DNA from: an uncultured Bacteroidales bacterium | GTDB lineage: Bacteria; Bacteroidota; Bacteroidia; Bacteroidales; UBA4181 | Direction: 5' to 3' | NCBI GenBank assembly: GCA_964451605.1 | Contig: CAYVJA010000002.1 | Location: forward strand, 39,969 to 98,924 | Length of the DNA stretch: 58,956 nucleotides | The notes under the pieces: model-generated | Told to the model about the DNA's origin: nothing | Databases searched by the model: none | The model's input: the letters and a program-made list of their open reading frames with translations, nothing else | In this document: positions 49,315 to 58,719 of the stretch, one piece after another | Position numbering within the stretch: position 1 is the stretch's first letter | How the letters are laid out: each line of letters begins with the position of its first letter | Position numbers and translations under genes: made by a program

Positions 49315-51468
49315 ATGAAACCCGATTTTAAAAATATAAACGTTACAATACCTTCCGATGTCGCACTTGAATCGAAGGTTTCTCACCAAGAGGCATCTTC
49401 GAACGGCTGGACAACCGCCGAACAGATTCCCCTTAAACCCGTCTACACAGAGGACGATTTAGCAGGCATGGAGCATCTGCACTATGCTGCCGGTGTTGCC
49501 CCCTTCCTCCGCGGACCTTACTCTACCATGTACGTGCAAAGACCCTGGACAGTTCGTCAATATGCCGGATTTTCTACTGCCGAGGAGTCGAATGCATTTT
49601 ATCGCCGTAATCTGGCTGCCGGCCAGAAGGGCCTTTCCGTGGCCTTCGACCTTGCCACTCACCGTGGCTACGATGCCGATCACGAACGGGTTGTTGGCGA
49701 TGTAGGCAAGGCCGGCGTATCTATCTGTTCGGTCGAAGACATGAAGATCTTGTTCAATCAGATTCCCCTGAACCAGATGTCGGTCTCTATGACAATGAAT
49801 GGAGCCGTACTGCCTGTAATGGCCTTCTATATTGTGGCAGCACTCGAACAGGGTGCCAAACTGGAGGAGCTGGCAGGAACCATTCAAAATGATATCCTTA
49901 AGGAGTTTATGGTGCGAAACACCTATATCTATCCTCCTGAAATGAGTATGCGTATTATTGGCGATATCTTCTCGTTTGCTTCCCAAAATATGCCCAAGTT
50001 CAACTCCATCTCTATCTCCGGGTATCATATGCAGGAGGCCGGTGCTACTGCCGATATCGAGATGGCTTATACATTGGCCGATGGGTTGGAGTATCTGCGT
50101 ACCGGTATCCGTTCGGGTTTGACGGTCGATCAGTTTGCTCCCCGTTTATCCTTCTTCTGGGCTATCGGGATGAACCATTTTATGGAGATTGCCAAGATGC
50201 GGGCTGCCCGGATGTTGTGGGCCAAGATTGTTAAACAGTTCAATCCGAAAAATCCCAAGTCGATGGCGCTTCGCACCCACTCGCAGACTTCGGGATGGAG
50301 CCTTACCGAGCAGGATCCATACAATAATGTGGCCCGAACCTGTATCGAAGCTATGGCATCGGCTCTCGGCCATACCCAATCGCTGCATACCAATGCACTC
50401 GATGAGGCCATTGCGCTTCCCACCGATTTTTCTGCCCGTATTGCCCGTAATACACAGATTTATCTGCAGGAAGAGACCGAGATTTGCCGTTCGGTCGATC
50501 CCTGGGCCGGCTCCTATTATGTAGAGTCGCTTACCAAGAGTTTGGCAGAAAAGGCCTGGACATTGATCGAAGAGGTCGAGAATCTTGGCGGTATGGCCAA
50601 AGCCATTGAAAGTGGCGTGCCGAAACTCCGTATCGAAGAGGCTGCAGCTCGTAAACAAGGCCGGATCGATTCAGGAAAAGACACCATTGTGGGTGTGAAC
50701 AAGTATCGGCTTGAGAAAGAGGATCCCCTCGAGATTCTTGAGGTTGACAATACTGCCGTTCGCAGACAACAGATTGAGCGTCTTACCCTTTTGAAGGCTA
50801 ACCGGAATCAGGCTGCCGTTGAGGCTTCGCTGGCTGCGATTGAGGCCTCGGCTGCCAATGGCAACGGGAATCTTTTGGCTCTTGCCGTTGAAGCAGCAAA
50901 AAACAGAGCTACTCTGGGCGAAATTTCTAACGCAATTGAAAAAGTATCAGGGAGGTATAAAGCAGTGATCCGCACTATTTCCGGGGTCTATTCGGCTGAG
51001 AGCCAGGATGATCCCACTTTTATTGAGGCAAGAAAACTGGTTGAAGAGTTTGCCCGTAAAACGGGTCGTCAGCCACGTATTATGATTGCAAAAATGGGTC
51101 AGGACGGACACGATCGGGGAGCCAAAGTGGTGGCTACCGGGTATGCCGATCTGGGCTTCGACGTCGATATGGGTCCGCTGTTCCAGACTCCTGCCGAGGC
51201 AGCTCGTCAGGCCGTAGAGAACGATGTTCACATTTTAGGCGTCTCTTCTCTGGCTGCCGGTCATAAGACGCTTGTTCCTCAGGTAATTGAAGAACTGAAA
51301 AAACTGGGTCGCGAAGATATCATGGTGATCGCCGGCGGAGTCATTCCCGCACAAGATTACCAAACACTCTACGACGCAGGTGTTGTGGCCGTGTTTGGGC
51401 CCGGTTCTAAAATTTCGGAATGTGGTAAGCAGTTAATCGAGATTCTGCTGAAGGCTTCAGAAGCGTAA
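49315..51468 (+). CDS. mutB: methylmalonyl-CoA mutase large (alpha) subunit, B12-dependent
   Basis: 717 aa with a conserved TIM-barrel region ([18 protein letters not shown]) and a C-terminal B12-binding domain ([11 protein letters not shown]). Confidence 0.95.
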   Translation: MKPDFKNINVTIPSDVALESKVSHQEASSNGWTTAEQIPLKPVYTEDDLAGMEHLHYAAGVAPFLRGPYSTMYVQRPWTVRQYAGFSTAEESNAFYRRNLAAGQKGLSVAFDLATHRGYDADHERVVGDVGKAGVSICSVEDMKILFNQIPLNQMSVSMTMNGAVLPVMAFYIVAALEQGAKLEELAGTIQNDILKEFMVRNTYIYPPEMSMRIIGDIFSFASQNMPKFNSISISGYHMQEAGATADIEMAYTLADGLEYLRTGIRSGLTVDQFAPRLSFFWAIGMNHFMEIAKMRAARMLWAKIVKQFNPKNPKSMALRTHSQTSGWSLTEQDPYNNVARTCIEAMASALGHTQSLHTNALDEAIALPTDFSARIARNTQIYLQEETEICRSVDPWAGSYYVESLTKSLAEKAWTLIEEVENLGGMAKAIESGVPKLRIEEAAARKQGRIDSGKDTIVGVNKYRLEKEDPLEILEVDNTAVRRQQIERLTLLKANRNQAAVEASLAAIEASAANGNGNLLALAVEAAKNRATLGEISNAIEKVSGRYKAVIRTISGVYSAESQDDPTFIEARKLVEEFARKTGRQPRIMIAKMGQDGHDRGAKVVATGYADLGFDVDMGPLFQTPAEAARQAVENDVHILGVSSLAAGHKTLVPQVIEELKKLGREDIMVIAGGVIPAQDYQTLYDAGVVAVFGPGSKISECGKQLIEILLKASEA

Positions 51469-51561
51469 TTTTCTGTTCCTGATACCCTTTGGTAAGGTTT
51501 TTGCTTGTTAGAAGATTTATACATTTTAGCTACCCCTTTTAATCCATAAAATTTCTGCAGA

Positions 51562-52008
51562 ATGAAAAAAGTTTTGTTTGTTTTAACGGTTCTTGCCATC
51601 GGCTTTGCCTCCTGTTCGCAAAAGAAATCTTTGCCTAAGTCGGCTTATGAGCCTGCTCCTGCAACTAGTGTTGCGGTTTCGCAGCCAGTTGTTCAGCCTG
51701 CTGTATCGACCGATGCGGCCGGTTCTGTTGTTTCGCGTACCGAAAGTGTCAAGGTGCAGGGTGGTGGTTTGCTGAAAAAATACAATATCATCGTGGGTAG
51801 TTTTCAAAGCCAGACCAATGCTCAGAATCTGAAAACCAAATTGACATCGCAGGGTTATCAGCCTTCCATCCTTTTTAATGAGGCAAAGATGATGTATAGG
51901 GTTAATATCAGCTCGTACGACCAGGAGGCAGAAGCCCGTCTGCAGATTCAGAAGGTTAAGAGTGCCTTCCCCGAGTTTTTCGATGCGTGGATTCTGATTG
52001 CTCAGTAA
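51562..52008 (+). CDS. SPOR domain-containing lipoprotein
   Basis: Lipobox (…GFASC), a low-complexity linker, and a C-terminal SPOR repeat (YNIIVGSFQSQTNAQNL…YRVNISSY…). Confidence 0.85.
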   Translation: MKKVLFVLTVLAIGFASCSQKKSLPKSAYEPAPATSVAVSQPVVQPAVSTDAAGSVVSRTESVKVQGGGLLKKYNIIVGSFQSQTNAQNLKTKLTSQGYQPSILFNEAKMMYRVNISSYDQEAEARLQIQKVKSAFPEFFDAWILIAQ

Positions 52009-52025
52009 TCTTGCCCCGTTTGCAT

Positions 52026-52068
52026 AAAAAGAGAGAGGCGATTCCGAAGGAATCGCCTCTCTCTTTTT
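52026..52068. terminator. Bidirectional Rho-independent terminator between SPOR and OmpA-family genes
   Basis: AAAAAGAGAGAGGCGATTCC-gaa-GGAATCGCCTCTCTCTTTTT. Confidence 0.85.
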
Positions 52069-52092
52069 ATTAGAGAACAGTTGGATTCGAAA

Positions 52093-52791
52093 CTAGTTGG
52101 CCGCCTTTTGAGCCTCCTGAATCATCTTCTCGTTGGCCTTAATCAGAATTTCTACGCGGCGATTTCTTGCCCGACCCTCTACGGTGTTATTGTCGGCAAC
52201 CGGTACATCGAATGCCTTCCCTTCCGTAACCATGCGCGAACCGGCAACGTTTTTCCCAACCAGAAAACTCTTTACTGCGTTGGCTCTATCCAGCGAAAGC
52301 CGTTCGTTCAGCGAACGTGATCCCGTATTATCGGTGTGTCCCTGAATAATCAAGTCGGTATCGGGATTGCTGTTCAGCGTTTTTGCAAAATCGGTTAATG
52401 CGTCGATCGATGTCTGGTTCAAGTCGCTCTTTCCGGTTGCGAATAATATACCAGCATCGAAAGTCACCTTAATGGCCTGCAGATTCTTTTCGTCGGTAAC
52501 AGTGGCAACAGAAGCACCTTCTATGCGTTCCAGTTCGGCCTTCTGTTTATCCATTTTCTTGCCTATAATTGAACCGGCAGCCGCACCGATAATGGCACCA
52601 ACACCGGCTCCGATAGCAGCACCTCTGCCTCCGCCGGCCAAAGCGCCGATTCCGGCACCCAGACCTGCACCACCCCCTGCACCTACCATCGTTCCTTTAG
52701 TGGCATTGTTCATATTGGCACAACCCGAGGCAAGAAGCGAAATGCCTAAAATTCCAATCGTTAAAACATTGAGTGATTTCTTCATAATCAT
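52093..52791 (-). CDS. OmpA-family lipoprotein with glycine-zipper region
   Basis: Lipobox (…LLASGC), a Gly-zipper (GAGGGAGLGAGIGALAGGG…), and a C-terminal OmpA_C domain (GHTDNTGS…NRRVE). The start may be 52785. Confidence 0.9.
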   Translation of the reverse strand: MIMKKSLNVLTIGILGISLLASGCANMNNATKGTMVGAGGGAGLGAGIGALAGGGRGAAIGAGVGAIIGAAAGSIIGKKMDKQKAELERIEGASVATVTDEKNLQAIKVTFDAGILFATGKSDLNQTSIDALTDFAKTLNSNPDTDLIIQGHTDNTGSRSLNERLSLDRANAVKSFLVGKNVAGSRMVTEGKAFDVPVADNNTVEGRARNRRVEILIKANEKMIQEAQKAAN

Positions 52792-52843
52792 TTTTTTAAA
52801 GTTATAGACTAAAAACTCCGGAGCTTTTGATTATGCAAATTTG

Positions 52844-52915
52844 TAGGCCCAACAGGACTCGAACCTGTATTTAGAGTTTAGGAAACGCTCGTTCTATCCC
52901 TTGAACTATAGGCCC
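52844..52915 (-). tRNA. tRNA-Arg (anticodon CCU)
   Basis: Hand fold: GGGCCTA TA GTTC aagggata GAAC G AGCGT ttCCTaa ACTCT aaat ACAGG ttcgagt CCTGT TGGGCCT A. It has one C29-U41 mismatch and a G1-U72 wobble. A TAtaTTTG box lies on the minus strand at 52953-52960. Confidence 0.8.
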
Positions 52916-53158
52916 TTCATTCACCCGGCCATTGCCGGCCGAAACGGTAGGGCAAATATAGCGATTGTTCTCGATACTGCCTATCGGGTAGCAAAATTTG
53001 CCTTTCACAGATCTTCTCCGAGTGCTGGAGAACAAGAATTGGGCCATTTCTTTATGACCCCGCATTTTTTCGTTATTTTCGCCCCCGGTCTAAACTATTC
53101 GGTTAGGCGGGTGTTGTATTTGCGTACAATTTGGAATAATTACTTAGAAAATAAAACA

Positions 53159-54679
53159 ATGAACAAACGAGTTCTTTTGATGATCCTCGATGGATGGGGG
53201 ATTGGAAAACATGACAAGTCCGATGTGATTGCCACAGTTGGTGCTCCCCATATTGAGAAATTGACACAGACATACCCCCACGCGCAACTTCTTACTTCCG
53301 GCGAAAATGTAGGTCTCCCTGATGGACAGATGGGTAATTCTGAGGTGGGCCATCTGAATATTGGGGCAGGAAGAGTGGTTTACCAGGATTTGGTAAAAAT
53401 TAATATAGCCTGCCGCGACAATACCATTTTGGAGGTGCCTGCCGTAAAGGAGGCCTTTTCGTACGCACGCAATCAGGGAAAGAGTGTCCATTTAATGGGA
53501 CTGGTCTCTGATGGTGGAGTGCACAGTTCTATGGATCACCTCTTTAAGTTGACGGATGTGGCAAAGTCGTTTGGCATAACCAATACTTTTGTTCACTGTT
53601 TTATGGATGGTCGCGATACGGATCCCAGGAGTGGCAAAGGATTTATTGCCCAACTGGAGTCGCATTTGGCAAAATCCACCGGAAAGATTGCCTCTGTGAT
53701 TGGCCGTTTTTATGCGATGGATCGTGACAAACGATGGGAAAGGGTGAAGACGGCGTACGACCTGCTGGTTTCGGGTGTCGGAAAACCGGTTACCGACGTG
53801 GTATCGGCTATGCAGGAGTCGTACGATGAGGGTGTGACCGATGAATTTATAAAACCGATTGTGCGTGTCAATGATTCGGGATCGGCCGTGGGCAGGTTGA
53901 CTCCCGGTGATGTGGTGATTTTCTTCAATTTCAGGAACGACAGGGCTCGTGAACTTACCTATGTGCTTACGCAGAAAGATATGCCCGAGCAGGGTATGAA
54001 GACCCTTCCTCTCCACTACTGCACCATGACTCCTTACGATGCCTCTTATGAGGGACTTCATATTCTGTTCGATAAAGACAATGTAAGTAATACGCTGGGC
54101 GAAACGGTCTCGGCCGCAGGTAAACAGCAACTTCGTATTGCCGAAACGGAGAAGTACGCCCACGTTACTTTCTTCTTTTCGGGTGGTCGGGAAGAGACAT
54201 TCGAAGGCGAGGAACGTCTTCTTATTCCCTCACCGAAAGTTCCTACCTACGATTTGAAGCCGGAAATGAGTGCCTTCGAAATCAAGGATGCACTGGTAGG
54301 GGAGTTGAATAAAAAGAAGTTCGATTTGGTGGTATTGAATTTTGCCAACGGCGATATGGTGGGTCACACCGGTGTCTATGAGGCCATCAGTAAGGCCGTG
54401 AAGGCCGTGGATATTTGTGTGGATGAGGTGGTGACTACTGCCTGTGCCAATGGATATACAGTTCTGATTACGGCCGATCACGGCAATGCCGATTTTGCCC
54501 TGAACGAGGATGGATCGCCCAACACGGCCCACTCGCTGAATCCGGTACCCTTTATTGTGGTTGATAACGACGTGAAACAGGTAAAGAATGGAATTCTGGC
54601 CGATATCGCACCTACTATTCTCTCTCTGATGGGCATTCCCGTTCCGGCGGCTATGACCGGAAATGTTTTGGTGGGCTAA
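53159..54679 (+). CDS. gpmI: 2,3-bisphosphoglycerate-independent phosphoglycerate mutase
   Basis: 506 aa starting [14 protein letters not shown]…, with [13 protein letters not shown] and ADHGNAD motifs. The track's upstream extension overlaps tRNA-Arg and is rejected. Confidence 0.95.
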   Translation: MNKRVLLMILDGWGIGKHDKSDVIATVGAPHIEKLTQTYPHAQLLTSGENVGLPDGQMGNSEVGHLNIGAGRVVYQDLVKINIACRDNTILEVPAVKEAFSYARNQGKSVHLMGLVSDGGVHSSMDHLFKLTDVAKSFGITNTFVHCFMDGRDTDPRSGKGFIAQLESHLAKSTGKIASVIGRFYAMDRDKRWERVKTAYDLLVSGVGKPVTDVVSAMQESYDEGVTDEFIKPIVRVNDSGSAVGRLTPGDVVIFFNFRNDRARELTYVLTQKDMPEQGMKTLPLHYCTMTPYDASYEGLHILFDKDNVSNTLGETVSAAGKQQLRIAETEKYAHVTFFFSGGREETFEGEERLLIPSPKVPTYDLKPEMSAFEIKDALVGELNKKKFDLVVLNFANGDMVGHTGVYEAISKAVKAVDICVDEVVTTACANGYTVLITADHGNADFALNEDGSPNTAHSLNPVPFIVVDNDVKQVKNGILADIAPTILSLMGIPVPAAMTGNVLVG

Positions 54680-54696
54680 TTCTCCGGGAGTTTGCC

Positions 54697-55263
54697 ATGA
54701 CTCTTCCCTCTCTCACATTGGCTCAGAAACCGGGTTCTCCCCATACAGTAGTTTTGCTTTTGGGAGGGAATCTTGGCAATCGCGAAACGTTGCTTAATGA
54801 AGCCCTCCGTTTGCTCGAATGTGAAGCAGGCCCCTGTACAGGGGCCTCTTTGTTCTATGAATCGGAGCCATGGGGTTTCTCCGAATCCGTGAATCCCTTT
54901 TTGAATCGGGTCATAGTTTTGCAGAGCTGTTTGTCGGCGCCAGAGGTTCTGGAGGTGGCTCTCTCTGTGGAGAGGCGTCTGGGCAGGAGAAGATCGGAAG
55001 AGGATGCGTTGTATGCTTCCCGCACGCTCGATGTGGATATACTCTTTTACGACGATTGTCTGATTTCTACTCCGTCGCTTACCATTCCCCACCCGCGTAT
55101 AGCATCGCGAAAGTTTGTGCTGGTCCCTCTGGCAGAATTGATGCCTCGTGAGCGCCATCCTGCCCATGGCGTAACCATCGAAGAGTTACTTTCGGCGTGT
55201 ACCGACACGCTGTGGGTTCGACGCTATCGGCAGAATCGGGACGAAGAGAGTGAAAAAAGCTAA
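54697..55263 (+). CDS. folK: 2-amino-4-hydroxy-6-hydroxymethyldihydropteridine diphosphokinase (HPPK)
   Basis: LLLGGNLGNRE…YESEPWGF…RTLDVDILFYD…IPHPRIASRKFVLVPLAEL. Confidence 0.9.
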   Translation: MTLPSLTLAQKPGSPHTVVLLLGGNLGNRETLLNEALRLLECEAGPCTGASLFYESEPWGFSESVNPFLNRVIVLQSCLSAPEVLEVALSVERRLGRRRSEEDALYASRTLDVDILFYDDCLISTPSLTIPHPRIASRKFVLVPLAELMPRERHPAHGVTIEELLSACTDTLWVRRYRQNRDEESEKS

Positions 55264-55679
55264 AATAGCAGGAATCCGGAGGGGATGTTTTTCAACTGTG
55301 CCCATGGGATTTCCGTAGAAAAGAGCACGGATTCAACGCTTTTCAGGCGTTGTATAACCTCCTCACAGAAGGGAGCCAGCGGATCGCCCCGCATAGCCAA
55401 CAGGTAATCAAGATTTTTCATACCCGGTCCGGAAAGTGATGTGCCGGTGCGCAGCGCCGTAAGCAGCACGGAGTGCCCCTCTTCGGTTATAGCACGATAG
55501 TGTGCCCAAAAGGGGGTAGGGGTAGAATCCCCGGCAGGGGGCCATTCGGAAAATCGCCATCCAAATTGCTGCTGCAGCAACCAAACCATTCGGGGATGGG
55601 GGGCAGGAGAGGAGATACCTGCTACCCTGACCTCCTCTTCGATAGGGATGGATAATCCAGTTCGGCTTCGGCGGCTCAT
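55260..55679 (-). CDS. conserved hypothetical protein, possibly a diverged IPExxxVDY-family member
   Basis: 139 aa. Its start overlaps the rnc stop (ATGA). The motif …GPGMKNLDYLLAMRG… resembles my recollection of the IPExxxVDY signature. This is not verified. Confidence 0.55.
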   Translation of the reverse strand: MSRRSRTGLSIPIEEEVRVAGISSPAPHPRMVWLLQQQFGWRFSEWPPAGDSTPTPFWAHYRAITEEGHSVLLTALRTGTSLSGPGMKNLDYLLAMRGDPLAPFCEEVIQRLKSVESVLFSTEIPWAQLKNIPSGFLLF

Positions 55680-56458
55680 GGAGAGAGGGTTAGGATTGAG
55701 AGGTTTTCCTCATTTTCGTAAAACATATCGGGAATCATTTTCCCGGTGGCAATGTACTCCAGCGCCTGTTCGGCAGCACTCTGTTCGGCCTCTTTTTTCG
55801 AGGAACCGTTACCTCTTCCCAAAACGAAATGGCCACGAACCTTCACAGTTGTGGTATAGATGGCAGATCGTTTGTTAGCGGCCTCATCCGTGCTTTCCCG
55901 GGTGTCGAACAGAAGGAAGATTTTCTGCTTCTGTCCCCACTCAATCAACCGACTTTTGAAGTCGGTGTCGTGGGTCATCAGATCGTTGAGGTTAACAAAA
56001 TTCTTTATGATAAATCGTACCACATATTTTCGGGTTTTTGCATACCCTTTATCGAGGTACATTGCACCAATCAATGCCTCCAGGGCATCTCCGTATATTC
56101 GCCTTTTTTGGGGATGAAGTGCCGTGTGGCATACAATGGCCCGATCAAGGCCCATCTTCTCGGCCACATCTTCCAGATTTGAGCGCTTAACAATTTTCGA
56201 CCGCATCTGGGTGAGAAAACCTTCGTTCCGCAGAGGGAACTTTTTAAAGAGATATTCCGCTACAATCGCATCGAGTACAGCATCGCCCAGATACTCGAGT
56301 CGTTCGTTGTTAATCATTACATGTTGCGCATGCGGAATCGATGCAGAGCGGTGCAGAAAGGCCTGTTCGTAAAGTCCCGGATTGTGGGTCTTGACTTTCA
56401 GCTCTTTGCGTAAAAAACAATAAAACTCCCTATTGTCCTTGACAATAAGGAGTTTCAT
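55676..56458 (-). CDS. rnc: ribonuclease III
   Basis: RNase III signature (NERLEYLGDAVLD) and a C-terminal dsRBD (…GSSKKEAEQSAAEQAL). The ATG at 56458 is preferred over the TTG at 56482. Confidence 0.93.
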   Translation of the reverse strand: MKLLIVKDNREFYCFLRKELKVKTHNPGLYEQAFLHRSASIPHAQHVMINNERLEYLGDAVLDAIVAEYLFKKFPLRNEGFLTQMRSKIVKRSNLEDVAEKMGLDRAIVCHTALHPQKRRIYGDALEALIGAMYLDKGYAKTRKYVVRFIIKNFVNLNDLMTHDTDFKSRLIEWGQKQKIFLLFDTRESTDEAANKRSAIYTTTVKVRGHFVLGRGNGSSKKEAEQSAAEQALEYIATGKMIPDMFYENEENLSILTLSP

Positions 56459-56484
56459 TGTATGTGCCAGTTTCCTGAACAAGG

Positions 56485-57735
56485 CTATTCCATTTTTTTG
56501 AAGACTATTGAGGAGTTATGGCCACCAAATCCGAAAGTATTGCTCAAAACGTAACGTAAGGTTTTGGGCTGAGCTTTCCAGAAGGTAAGATTCAACCTGC
56601 TGTCAATTTCGGGATCGTCCGTAAAATGGTTAATAGTTGGGGGAACCAGACTGTTTTCCAAGGCTTTAATGGAGGCGATTGCCTCAACGGCTCCGGTGGC
56701 ACCCAGCAGGTGGCCGGTCATAGACTTGGTGGCACTGATGTTCAGTTTGTAGGCATGCTCACCGAACAGACGTCCGATGGCTTTCAGTTCGGCAACATCG
56801 CCAAGCGGTGTGGAGGTTCCATGGACATTGATATAGTCCACCTCCTCAGGTTTCACATTACCATCGAGAAGAGCAAGCCGCATTGCGCTATAAGCTCCTT
56901 CGCCCTCGGGATGAGGTGCTGTCATGTGGCTGGCATCGGCAGTCATGCCTCCTCCAACTACTTCGGCGTAGATTCTTGCACCTCTTGCCACGGCATGCTC
57001 ATACTCTTCGAGAATCAAAGCACCTGCACCTTCGCCAATGACAAAACCATCGCGGTCTTTATCGAATGGACGAGAGGCCGAAGCGAAATTGTCGTTGTTG
57101 GTCGACAACGCCTGCATGGCATTAAATCCGCCAACGCCACTCTCGTTGATAGCTGCCTCAGATCCACCGGAGATAAAGAGATCAGCCTTACCCATCCGAA
57201 TGTAGTTGAACGCATCAATCAGCGCGTGGGTTGAGGAGGCACAGGCAGAAACGGTGGCATAATTGGGCCCTTTGAATCCGAAGCGGATGGAAAGATGACC
57301 TGCAGCAATGTCGGAGATCATTTTGGTGATGAAGAAAGGGCTGAATCTGGGCGTTCCATCGCTTTTGGCAAAGGAAGAAACCTCCTCATAGAAACTCATC
57401 AACCCCCCGATTCCTGATCCCCAGATTACGCCGGCGCGCTCCAAATTAATGGCGTTCAGATCTAAACCCGAATCTTTAATAGCCTGGTCGCCTGCAACGA
57501 TCGCGTATTGCGAGTAAAGATCGTATTTACGTGCCTCCTTTCTTTCGAAATAGGAGAGAGCGTCATAGTTCTTTACTTCACAGGCAAACCGCGTTTTAAA
57601 TTTCGAGGCATCGAAACGGGTAATCTCACAGGCGCCAGATACGCCGTTGGACAAGCCATTCCAAAACTCTTCTACGGTATTGCCGATTGGGGTGATGGCC
57701 CCAAGACCGGTAACAACAACCCGTTTTAACTGCAT
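56485..57735 (-). CDS. fabF: beta-ketoacyl-ACP synthase II
   Basis: 416 aa with the active-site Cys context (ATVSACASS), HGTSTP and GHLLGA motifs. Confidence 0.95.
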   Translation of the reverse strand: MQLKRVVVTGLGAITPIGNTVEEFWNGLSNGVSGACEITRFDASKFKTRFACEVKNYDALSYFERKEARKYDLYSQYAIVAGDQAIKDSGLDLNAINLERAGVIWGSGIGGLMSFYEEVSSFAKSDGTPRFSPFFITKMISDIAAGHLSIRFGFKGPNYATVSACASSTHALIDAFNYIRMGKADLFISGGSEAAINESGVGGFNAMQALSTNNDNFASASRPFDKDRDGFVIGEGAGALILEEYEHAVARGARIYAEVVGGGMTADASHMTAPHPEGEGAYSAMRLALLDGNVKPEEVDYINVHGTSTPLGDVAELKAIGRLFGEHAYKLNISATKSMTGHLLGATGAVEAIASIKALENSLVPPTINHFTDDPEIDSRLNLTFWKAQPKTLRYVLSNTFGFGGHNSSIVFKKME

Positions 57736-57756
57736 AATTTCAGAGTAACGGACAAA

Positions 57757-57996
57757 CTACTTGTTGATGTTTTCTTCGATGTACTTGATGGCAGCACCTA
57801 CAGTCGAGATGTTTTCAGCCTGGTCGTCGGGAATTCCAATGTTGAACTCTTTTTCAAACTCCATGATCAATTCAACGGTGTCAAGAGAATCGGCTCCCAA
57901 ATCATTGGTAAAACTTGCATCCGGGGTTACTTCGCTTTCGTCAACACCCAGTTTGTCTACGATAATCGCTTTAACTCTTGAGGTAATGTCAGACAT
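57757..57996 (-). CDS. acpP: acyl carrier protein
   Basis: 79 aa starting at the ATG at 57996 ([12 protein letters not shown]…), with the DLGADSLD phosphopantetheine-attachment motif. Confidence 0.95.
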   Translation of the reverse strand: MSDITSRVKAIIVDKLGVDESEVTPDASFTNDLGADSLDTVELIMEFEKEFNIGIPDDQAENISTVGAAIKYIEENINK

Positions 57997-58149
57997 ACTT
58001 TTAATTTTTAAATGAGTACAAAATGATTCCTTGTATTTTGGTGCTGCAAAGAAATGGATTAAATCCAAAATTATCAAACAATTTGGAATATTCTTGGAGG
58101 TTTTGTATTTTTTAGCATCCTTTGTAACCTTCGTTATTCACCCAATTCC

Positions 58150-58719
58150 ATGAATAAGCTAGCTCTTTTTGCGTCGGGGTCCGGTTCGAATGCCCAGCGA
58201 ATAGCCGAGTATTTTGCTGATCACTCCGATGTAGAGGTCTCCTGTATTTTATCAAACCGCACCGATGCCTACGTGTTGGAGAGAGCCCGAAAACTTGCGA
58301 TCCCTTCGTTCAGTTTTACGCGCGACGATCTCTACACCTCCGATAAGGTGCTCCGCATACTTGAAGATTACTCCGTAAATTTTATCGTATTGGCTGGATT
58401 TTTATGGAAAGTGCCTTCCATTCTGTTAGAGACCTATCCCAACCGAATCCTGAACATCCATCCCGCTTTATTGCCAAAATACGGAGGTAAAGGGATGTAT
58501 GGCGAACATGTTCACCGGGCGGTAGTTGCAAACCGCGAAACAGAAACCGGCATCACCATCCACAAGGTAAACGACCACTACGACGAAGGAGAGATCCTTT
58601 TTCAGGCGCGTTGCGAAGTCCTTCCCACCGATACCCCCGCGCAAGTAGCCGAAAAGGTCCATGCACTCGAATATCGCTGGTTTCCGGAAATCATAGAGCA
58701 GTATCTGGCAACGCTCTAA
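58150..58719 (+). CDS. purN: phosphoribosylglycinamide formyltransferase
   Basis: 189 aa with ALFASGSGSNAQ, NIHPALLPKYGG and a conserved Asp region. The stop TAA lies inside the first octamers of repeat copy H. Confidence 0.92.
   Translation: MNKLALFASGSGSNAQRIAEYFADHSDVEVSCILSNRTDAYVLERARKLAIPSFSFTRDDLYTSDKVLRILEDYSVNFIVLAGFLWKVPSILLETYPNRILNIHPALLPKYGGKGMYGEHVHRAVVANRETETGITIHKVNDHYDEGEILFQARCEVLPTDTPAQVAEKVHALEYRWFPEIIEQYLATL

Noticed and set aside
52901-53158. N-terminal extension of the gpmI ORF, and ORF 52871-53065 on the minus strand
   Set aside because: Both overlap tRNA-Arg(CCU) and its promoter. GpmI homology begins at [14 protein letters not shown] (53159).
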